Assembly: GCF_006345805.1 (NCBI RefSeq)
Contig: NC_043026.1
Span: 6,820,001 to 6,884,000 of the forward strand
Source of the DNA: Octopus sinensis
Lineage: Eukaryota
Reading direction: 5' to 3'
DNA: 64,000 nucleotides
Below the pieces are notes generated by a model. It saw only the letters and a list, made by a program, of their open reading frames with translations. It was not told the DNA's origin and searched no databases. This document shows positions 40,501-52,333 of the stretch, in pieces. Numbering within the stretch: the stretch's first letter is position 1; each line of letters begins with the position of its first letter. Made by a program: the position numbers and the translations under genes.

Positions 40501-42684
40501 CACACAACCACTCCTGCACCTGACAGGCATATTTCAGTTTCATCATCATCATCGTTTAACGTCCGCTTTCCATGCGAGCATGGGTTGGACGGTTCGACCA
40601 GGGATCTGGGAAGCCAGGAGGCTGCACCAGGCTCCGGTCTGATCTGGCAGTGTTTCTACAGCTGGATGCCCTTCCTAACACCAATTTCAGTTTCTGTCTA
40701 CCAAATCCATTCACAAGGATTACATCAACCCCAGTGCATAACTGGTACTTATTTTATCGACCCCAAAAGGATGAAAGGCAAAGTCGACCTCGGCGGAATT
40801 TGAACTCAGAACATAACGGCAGACGAAATACCTAAGCCAAGTCAACAATAATCCTTTCTGCTAAAGGCACAAGGTCTGAAATCAAGGGAGAGGGCAGGGA
40901 GGGGGATAGTCGATTACATTGACCCCCCCCAGTGTTCCACTGGTACTTATTTCACTGACTCTGACAGAATGAAAGGCAAAATCGACCCCGGCAGAATTTT
41001 AACTCAGAATGTAAAGACATGCCAGGCATGCTAACGATTCTGCCAGCTTGCTGCCTGAAACCAAAATCAATAATAGGAAGAAGAATATGTACTTCTTTAG
41101 TTTTTTCATCCATTCTGACAACACTTTCTTTGGTGATTCCAAGTAATCGAGGAACCAGTTTATTTTTTCCTTTCATTTTTTCCTGAAAAAAAAAACAAAG
41201 AATAAGATATTAATTTTTAATTACATTAATAATTAATATTTAACAGACTACTAATGTTAACAATAAACACTTAATGCTACTAACATAAATAAATTTAATT
41301 CATTAATAAATTATTATATAAACTCAATATGCATCTTAATTATGTAATTGTGGAGTTAATGATGTTTATCTGGATGAAACAGCTGTTGAAGAAAAACCAG
41401 ACTAAAAATGCAATTTATGCTGTTTTGCTTTTATTCTAAACATGTTGCTCTTGGTTGTTTGAGCTAATTATGTTTACTACAAGTAATAAATTTGGGAGAA
41501 TTTAACGAGCTGAGACTAATTATTATGGATTTAATTTTTTGATTTTGATCTTTCGACTTTGCCTTGTTTTAGTCATTAGACTGGGACATCATTTCAAGAA
41601 TTTCAGTTGAACAGAAAGACCCTCACCCCCAGGCTCGTGGGTGCTGGTGCCACGTAAAAAGCAAATCTGCCAGTGCTCTGTAAAAGCACCCAACACATTC
41701 TATAAAGTGGTTGGCATGTTAGGAAAGGCATCCAGCAGCAGAAACCATGCCACAACAGATATAGAGCCTGGGCAGCTCATGTCATACCGTCCAACCCATG
41801 CCAGCATGGAAAACAGATATTAAATGATGATGCCATGATGGGCTTCTTTCAGTTTCCATCTACCAAATCCAGTCACAAGGCTATATTAGAAGACACTTGC
41901 CCAATGTGCCATGCAATGGCACCGAACTTAAAACCACATGGATGTGAAGCAAGTGTCTTACCACACAGCCATGTTAGCACCAATCTATTTACCAATTCCC
42001 TCAAAATGGGATTTATATTGAGAAATTGTGGATCTGAGACGAAGAGACTCACCTTGACTAAGAAGAATGTGATTCCATACGTCTTGAGATTTCGGCAGCA
42101 TTGCGTATATTTCACTTTGGCTTCAACATCCAATAAACCATTCTGAGTTTTGTGTTCCTGGAAAACAGCAACAAGAAGAAGAAGATGAAGAAGGAATATG
42201 ATGACAATGGCAAACGGTAATTATAATTATATGCAAACGAAGAATTGAAATAATTAAACAATTGAATAACGAGGGAGTCTTGGCTACTATTTCTAGCAGA
42301 ACGAGTGACTACAAATGGCCCTTTTTTGTCAGTTCCATTTCGCAGACTGAGGAACAGAAGATTACGAAGAGGAATGGAATGGAATCTTGAAAGGGCCTAC
42401 TACTACTACTGCTGCTGCTACTACTACTAAAATACTAACAGAAATGGCAGTGAAGGAGAAGGGCTTGGGTGGGGTGGGGGTCTTCCCAAGCATCTGAATG
42501 AATGTAAGAAGAAGAAAGCCGATACCTCTCGCTCGTTCTTATTCAGAGAAAGACAGACAGACAGACAGAAGGCATGCAGACCTCTACCAACCACAGATAC
42601 ACCGAAATAAAGTGGTGGTGGGGGGGGGGGCATTCTTCACACACACACACACACACTAATATAAATAAATACATACATACATAT

Positions 42685-42725
<41 letters not shown>

Positions 42726-44168
42726 CATATATATATACATATATACATACATATATATATGCATACATACGTACGTACATACATACATACACATACATAT
42801 ATACATACGTACATATATACATTCATATATACATGCATACATATATACATACATGCATACATACATATATACATACATGCATACATACATATATACATAC
42901 ATGCATACATACATATATATATATATACATACACATACATATATATATATATCATCATCATCATATCCATCCATCCAAGCACTTCTACATCCATATATAC
43001 ATCCATCCACACACTACTTCTGCATATACACATACATACACTCCTAAATCTTGTAGATATACCCCTATCTCATGTAACACACACCCTTATTTCTTATACA
43101 TACAAATGCACCTCTACCCCTTATACACACGCATATATACAACCCCCATCTTTGATACTTATATATATATACGTACATATATATGTATATAGATGTGTGT
43201 ATATATATATATCTGTGTGTGTGTGTGTATGTGTGTATATATATATATATATATACATATATATCACCAATCTCTTATACATGCATGGCTATCCCTATCT
43301 CTGATTCATACACACACCCATTATATTTCACACACACCACACACACACACATACACACTCCTCCATTATATACATGTATATACACACTGTGCTAAAAGTG
43401 AGTTATATACCCAGAATAATAAACACAGTAGCTATGTTCCTTATGTTCATACCCCACCCCCATATATATATATACACACAAATACATATATGCATGTATA
43501 TACATATACACACACACACACACACACATGGAGTAATTCTTTTCTGCAGGAGTGATTATTTTTTGAAGAGTGTAGAATTTGGTGTGTATAATGTGTATAT
43601 ATATATATATGTGAATGGATGTGTTTACATGTTAAATATGTGTATGTGGACCATCAAGAGTGCGTGGGCATGCGTGTTTGTGCATGCATACGTGTGTGTG
43701 TGTGTGTGTGTTGGAGTGTGTGTGTGTGCATATGCAAGTGCTGGTATATATTTCTACATGCGTTTACGTGTGTTTGTATGTGCGTGTGTGTGTGTGTTTG
43801 TATGTGTGTGCGTGTGTGTGTGTGTTTGTATGTGCGTGTGTGTGTGTGTTTGTATGTGTGCGTGTGTGTGTGTTCACATCAAGACAATAACTCCACTGTT
43901 AAAGGAGACCCCCATCACCCCCCACCATAGGAGGGTCGGGTGTAGGGGGCTGGGACATACAGAGGGTGGTATGCAATACTGGCAGGGTGTGGTGTCGGCA
44001 TTTTCATTGCTCAGTCCACCCACTCAATGCATCGGCTTCTCACCACCACCACCAGTACTATCACAACAAGAGAGGCTGTGCATAGTCACTAAGGCTGCTA
44101 GAAATAACAGCTAAAACTCCCTCAAATTATAACTTATTCTTCTTACACTACATACACACACTCACACG

Positions 44169-44201
<33 letters not shown>

Positions 44202-47200
44202 ATATACTCTTTACTCTTTTACTTGTTTCAGTCATTTGACTGCGGCCATGCTGGAGCACCGCCTTTAATCGAGCAACTCAACCCCGGGACTTATTCTTTG
44301 TAAGCCCAGTACTTATTCTATCGGTCTCTTTTGCCGAACTGCTAAGTGACGGGGACGTAAACACACCAGCATCGGTTGTCAAGCAATGCTAGAGGGACAC
44401 ACACAAACACACACACGGATATATATATATATTTGCACACAGATATGTACATACATATACACATATATATATACACATATATATACACAATTACATATAT
44501 ACACATTCATATACAAATGTGTACACACACATATGCATACTTATAGACACACACACATATATGCATACATATACTCACACATAATGCATTCTTATATATA
44601 CACACACACACACATAGAGCTGTGTTAATGCACAAGAAATACGATGATGAGAGTACTCAATACATGCACCTGCCAGGTGGGTGTGGGTACAGGGTGGGTC
44701 CTTTCAATGGGAAATTGTCGAGGAATTCGGTTCGAAGTCTTGGGTGAAGACTTAAGATTTCTGAGACGTTCTTTGTGCTGTCAGATGATGACTTTCGCAC
44801 TGGGGAACCTCTTGAAAGACGGCTTTGTGCGAGGGTCGGTGGGGGGGGGGCATCGAGGAACACAGCCTCCGTTTATTATGGTTGAGCAAATAGGATCTTT
44901 TGTACCATTTAAGCATGTGTGTGTGTGTGCATGGTCTGTCTGTGTGTGCATGGTCTGTCTGTGTGTCCAGGACAGAGAAAGTGTGTATTTGAGAGAGAGT
45001 GAGAGAAATGTATATATGTATATTTATGTGTGTGTATATGTATAGTTGTGTGGTAAGAAGCTTGCTTCCCAACCACATGGTTCTGGGATCAATCCCACTC
45101 TGTGGTAACTTGGGCAAGTGTTTTGCATTATAGCCTTGGGCCAACCAAAGTCTTGTGGCTGAATTTGGCAGACGGAAACTAAAAGAAGCCTATATATATA
45201 TATATATATCATCATCATTTAACGTCCGTTCTCCATGCTAGCATGGGTATATATATATATATATATGCATATATTTGTGTGTCTGTGTTTGCCCCCTACA
45301 CCATCGCTTGACAACCGATGCTGGTGTGTTTACGTCCCCATAACTTAGCTGCTTGGCAAAAGGAGACTGATAGAATAAGTACTAGGCTTACAAAGACTAA
45401 GTCCTGGGTCGATTTCCTCGACTAAAGGCAGTGCTTCATCATGGCCACAGTCAAATGACAAACAAGTAAAAGAATAAAAGAATATATATATATATATATA
45501 TACGTTAGAGAGAGAAAGAGAAAGGGAGAGAGGTGGTTCAAGGCAGATTTGGCTGCTATTTCTACCAAGTCCGATTACCATCTAGCTGTCTCCTTAGTGA
45601 GCTCTGGTGGTGCTGAGATAGTGATGATGATGATGATGATGATGATGATGGGGTTGGTAGCAGCACAAATGGAGCTAGTAGTAGTAGCAGCATTACAGAT
45701 GTCTCTGTTCTCACTAGTATGCAGCAAGAAGAGGAAGGGGAGGAGGAGGAATAGAGGGGTGTGAGGATGTTGGTGGTGGTGGTGGTGGTGGAGGAGTACT
45801 AAATAGTAAACTAATTGTTCTTTGGAGCCGTTCAGGAAGTTGAGTGGTGCCACACCAAGGAGCCCCGGGGTAGGGAACTTTTTCTATAGGCGCTTGTCTG
45901 TCTGTCTGTCGCTAGTTCCTTCTTTAAAACAGCTGCTGCTGTTGTTGTTGTTGTTTAACCACAGGTCAGTCCTGGTCCATCAAACCATCTGTGTTTCGGC
46001 CAGGAACATCCCACATTTTATTCAGGCATAATCTACCTAGGACTACATCATCTAATGTGTCCTTCTTTCCTTGTTTAATCTCAGGTCGGTCTTGATCCAG
46101 GAAACCTATGATCAAAAGCATTCCAGCCATGACCATCCCATCTTGTGCTTAGATATAATACATGTAGGAATACATTATCTAATGTGCCCACTTTATACAC
46201 ATACACACACATATATATAGATATACACATATATACACACACACAGATATATACACATACATACACACTTACATATATATATACACATACATACACACTC
46301 ACATATAGATATACACACACACACACGCACTTGTCCCAGGACTTATTTGTTGTAAGTTTAGTATTTATTCTATTGGTCTCTTTTGCCGAACTGCTAAGTT
46401 ATGGGGGACGTAAACATACCAACATCAGTTGTCAACTGAAGGTAGTGGGGACAAACACCCACACACATAAATGTGTGTATGTGTATGAATATATATATAT
46501 ATATATATATAGACATGCAACGGGCTTCTTTTCAGTTTCTGCCTACCAAATCCACTCACAAGGCTTTGGTTAGCCTGAGGCCATAGTAAAAGACACTTTA
46601 CTCAAGGTGTCAAAGTACAGTGGGACTGAACCTGGAACCGTGTGGTCAGAAAACAAGCTTCTTACCACACAGCCATTCACGTGCCTAACTTTTCAAGACA
46701 GACATTTCTTAATTTCGAAATTGGAAATTCACCTCTCACACACACACACACACATATACACATATACATACACGTGTGTGATGGTCTTCTTAAAGTCCCC
46801 GGCTACCAAATGTGTTCGCAAAAAGATTTGGTGAAGCCAGGGCTATTGTAGAAGACACCCATGGAAGAACAAAAGGTGAATGTTAAAATGACGATGACCT
46901 GACCGTGATGATGGCAAAAGATGCTGGGTGAACGGAATTTAATGAAAGACAGAAGAATGCAGAGAAATTAAGCCAAACAATTAGGTCGTTCTTGATGGTA
47001 ACGATAGCTCCAATAAATAACGAGTCTGTAATGAAATGGTGTGCATATATGTATATAATATGTCTGAATATATATACATATATATGTATATAATATGTGT
47101 GAATGAGTGTGAGCACACACACACATATATATATATATATACATAATTATATATAGAAATATACAGACATACATTTTAACAAAGACTGTATATGTCTGTC

Positions 47201-50200
47201 ATATATACATACTTATACAAATATATATATATACACACACACACACACAAATACATTAACAAAGAATGTGTATGCCTCTCTCATATATACAGACACACAC
47301 TTATATTCAGATATATACATACTTATACAAATATATATGCACGCAAAAATACATTAAGAAAGTGTATATCTGTCTGTCAGTCATATACACACACATGCAT
47401 ATATACATACAGGTATATACAAATATATATATATACATCCATACATTCATTAACAAAGAATATACATATATATATACATACACATATTCCTTGAAGAATA
47501 TGTATGTGTCATATATACATACATACATACACACATACTTTAACAAAGACTGTATGTCTGTGTCTCTCTCTCGCACACACATGTCTTTGTGAATGTATGT
47601 AGATGTATACATTATTCTGAAAGACCAATCTACAGAAATATCGAAGGAGACAGAGAATAAGTGTTGAGAGATAACCATGTTTGTCTTCTTACAGAAACAG
47701 ACAGAGTTTGTATTCCTCCGCCCATCACACACACACACACACTTCCTATTGCTCTTGCCACACTAACCCAGACCCCCTGCCCCCACCCCCACCGTCCTCA
47801 ATCCCTCCCCCACATATTCACTAGTACCTCACTTATCACTATCCTCTTCATTGTAAGTCTCCACAATTGCTGCTCTGTTACCAACAGACACAAACGACAT
47901 CATTATGTAGGCAGTGTGCGTGTGTGTACATATGTGGATATATTGCTTTATTCATTTACGTGGTTCAGTCATGAGACTGTGGCCATGCTGGGGCACCACC
48001 TTCAAGAATTTTTAGTAAAAAAAAATTGACCCCACTACATATTTCTAAGGCCTGGTACTTATTCGTTGCTCTCTATTGCTGAGCTGCTAGGTTACGGGGA
48101 TGTAAACACACCAACACCGGTTGTCAAACAATGGTGGAGGTCAGACACACACCACAAACATACACATACGATGGGCTTCGTCCAGTTTCCAACTCAGTCG
48201 CGTGTCTGTGTTTCGCTTATTCTTTGTGTGTTTTACTACATAGTGTGTGTATAACAAACGAGAATGGTCCACTCACCTGAAATATCTTCTTTTCAATCCC
48301 TTTTATTTTGATATATTCTTTGGGGAGGAATTCTTTAAGTCTGGTGGAAGACAAGAAGAAGAACAACAACAATTACAAATATATCCACAACAACAACATA
48401 CATAAAACAAAACAAAAACCAAAGAACAGGCATTTAGAAGCACAATGAGAAGCTGTGGCTGCATGGTAAGAAGTTTACTTCCCAACCACATGCCTCCAGG
48501 TTCAGTCCCACTGCGTGGCACCTTGGGCAAATTTCTTCTATCATAGTCTCAGGCTTACCAAAGCCTTGAAAATAGATTTAGTACATGGAAACAGAAAGAA
48601 GCCCATTGTATGCATGTGTGTGTGTGTGTGGGGGGGGGTATATATATATATATATATATGTATGTATATATATATATACACTCACGGAGTGGTTGGCGTT
48701 AGGAAGGGCATCCAGCCATAGAAACATTGCCAGATCAGACTGGGCCTGGTGCAGCCTTCTGGCTTCCCAGACCCCAGTTGAACCGTCCAACCCATGCTAG
48801 CATGGACAGCGGACGCTAAATGATGATGATGATGGTGATATATATATATATATATATATATATCAATAATAAATCTCTGAGCGAGTTATAAAAAGTAGCT
48901 GCACGACATCGTGAAGTATATTTGCCACTTAAATGTGGCTAACCCTTAAGGGTTGATGCTACTGTAGCTTGTAGCCCCAGGAAGACATCTCCTCCAGCTG
49001 GCTATTGACACACTTTCTGTGCCCTATGAGTATTTGCAAAGGGCACAGAAAGTGTGTCAATAGCCAGCTGGAGGAGATGTCTTTGTGGGGCTACAAGCTA
49101 CAGTAGCATCAACCCTTAAGGGTTACCCAATGTAATCAACAAGCCCCCAGTTCTCCCTAAAAGACAATCCCTTTTCATCTCTCATAATTGTATGCATATT
49201 TAATATATCAAACTGGCCACTGATTAGCAAAGCATACAACATAAAGGGAGATAATCAAAATTATAATCCTCGAATGATTACTTCCCTTGCAGCCACTTAA
49301 TCTTTTGTCTTTGTGTTCATTTGTTATTGAACAAATATGCCGTTACGTTCTGAGTTCAAATTCCGCCGAGGTCGACTTTGCCTTTCATCCTCTCGGGGTC
49401 GATAAATTAAATACCAGTTATGCACTGGAGTCGATGTAATCAACTTAATCCGTTTGTCTGTCCTTATTTGTCCCCTTTGTGTTTAGCCTCTTGTGGGTAG
49501 TAAAGAAATAGGTATCATCTCTGCCATTTCGTTCCGAGTTCAAATTCTGCTGAGGTCGACTTTGCCTTTCATCCTTTCAAGGTCGATTATACAAGTACCA
49601 GTTACACACTGGGGACTATGTAACCAACTTAATCCGTTTGTCTGTCTTTGTTTGTCCCCTCTATGTTTAACCCCTGTGGGCAATAAAGACATAAGTATTA
49701 TTCAAACTGTGGTTGAATAATTGTGATGGTAGTTTTGCATGAAACCATGGGTAGCATATTAACACAATCTATTTGCAGAATAATAAATATGTACATAACA
49801 TCATCATCACTTAATGTCTGTATGCTGGCATGGGCTGGTCAGGAGTTTGACTGGAGTTGGCAAGTCAGAAGACTGCACCAAGCTCTACTGTCGGCTTTGG
49901 AATGGTTTCTATGACTGGATGCCCTTCCTAATGAAAATCAATTTACAGAGTGTATCAGGTGCTTTTATTTTTGTGGCACCAGCAGCAGTGAGGTTGCCAG
50001 GTAACTTGCAAGACAAAGAACCCTCAAATAGGAAAGGGAGTAGCATTGAGTAAGGTGGATTGTACCAGGTGATGATAAGTTTGAGTAGAAATAGAGAGAG
50101 ACAGTGAAAATGTGCTGAGGGAGAGGAGCGTAAGTAGAATGGTAGAGAGGACTGGAGAGGATGATTGAGGAGGGGATTCAAGAGAGTGCTGAAGGAGAGT

Positions 50201-51922
50201 GTGAGATAAAGGAGAGGTGAACAGAGCTGTGTATGGAGGAAGGAGTGGAATGATACGGGTGAGTTGGTGAGTTGGACTGCAGGAGCATTTGGTGGGGAAA
50301 GAGTAGCAGGGTGCATGACGAGATGTACTTAGATTCATTGGGGTGGGATGTGGCGAATGGATGACATAATCTCAGACACAAACACTGTCTGGAATAATAA
50401 AAATGGTACTCACTCTAAGAAGCCAGGTTTGTGTTTACTTTCTACATAATTACCAAACTGGATCTGACATTGAAGGCCTGCAAACTGTAGGGCTTCTGTT
50501 TGTGTGACTGGGTGGGTTCCATCTATGATACCATCACGGCACTGAAACACAAATATATATACACATATATATATATATATACATATATATACACATCACT
50601 ATATAAAAAAAAAAAGGTTTAGTTTGATTATTGCCAATTCTTTCAACAAGAGAATTTTTTTTCTGCAGACTAACTTTATTATTTTTGTGGTAAGTAGCTT
50701 GCTAACCAACCACATGGTTCCGGGTTCAGTCCCACTGCGTGGCACCATGGGCAAGTGTCTTCTACTATAGCCTCGGGCCGACCAATGCCTTGTGAGTGGA
50801 TTTGGTAGACGGAAACTGAAAGAAGCCCGTCGTATATATATGTATGTATATATATATATATATATATAATATATATATATAATATATATATATATAATAT
50901 ATATATATATATATGTGTGGTGTGTATGTGTGTGTGTGTGTATGTCTGTGTGTCTGTGTTTGTCCCCCCAACATTGCTTGACAACCGATGCTGGTGTGTT
51001 TACGTCCCCGTTACTTAGCGGTTCAGCAAAAGAGACCGATAGAATAAGTACTGGGCTTACAAAAGAATAAGTCCCGGGGTCGAGTTGCTCGATTAAAGGC
51101 GGTGCTCCAGCATGGCCACAGTCAAATGACTGAAACAAGTAAAAGAATAAAAAGAGTAAAAGAGTATAGTATTTCTGAACACAACCATCGACAACCATAA
51201 TAATATGTATATCATATAACATCGTTGTTTAACACTGTCCTGCCATGGTGGAATGGGTTGGATGGTTTGGCAGGAACTGGAAAGCCAGAAGACTTGATGC
51301 AAGCTCTACCGCCTTGTCTTGGCATGGTTTCCTATGGCTGGATGCCCTTCCTAATGCCAACCACTTTACAGAGTGTGCTGGGTGCATTCTACATGGCACC
51401 AACAGCAGTGAGGTTCCCAAGTAACTTGCAAGGTGAGGCCCCTCAACTGAAGCTTGGAGTAAGATTGAGGGAGATGGCTTTGTACCAGTTGACGAGGAGT
51501 CAGAGTATGAATAGAGTGACAGAAGCAGGGGCCTTGCAGTGGGAGACCCCTAACACCTGTATGCACACACAAAGAATCCTGCCTCACCAATGTATAAATG
51601 GTACTGCATCCCCCTACCCCCAATTCACACATGACACCCAGTCAACAACAGAGGTAACCAATGTGAGTTAAGACCACCAGACCAGTGCTGCCACCTACCT
51701 GCACATACAGCAACTGCAGCTGTACTGGATCCCGTGCATCAACGTTTTGATCGGAGAAGAAAAACTTCCGTCGAAGAAGCAAGATTTCATTGTGTTCGAT
51801 TCCTTGTTCTCTCAATGTCTTGGAATGGTCCAACCAATTTACTGAAAATACACCAATTACATACATTCAATACACATTCTATACATACATTCATACATAC
51901 ATACACACATACGCACACACAT

Positions 51923-51955
<33 letters not shown>

Positions 51956-52296
51956 TATATATATATTACGTTATAAAAAAGGGCTCAGTAAAATAATTTA
52001 CTTTACCACACACTGAACTTTTTAGAAATAGCAGCCAAAAATCTTAGCTATTTCCTCTACTATAGAAAAATCTCCCATTGTCTGGGAGATTTTTCTTATA
52101 GTAGAAGAAATAGCTAAGATTTTTTGGCTGCTATTTCTAAAAGTTCAGTGTGTGGTAAAGTAAATTTTTTTGCTGAACCCTAATTATATAAAGTAATGTT
52201 TTAAATATACCGTAAATGGTCCTCTTACATACTGAACACTACTTGGTAAAATTAATTAATAATTAATTAGTTTTACCCTTTTATTATTGATATACA

Positions 52297-52333
<37 letters not shown>

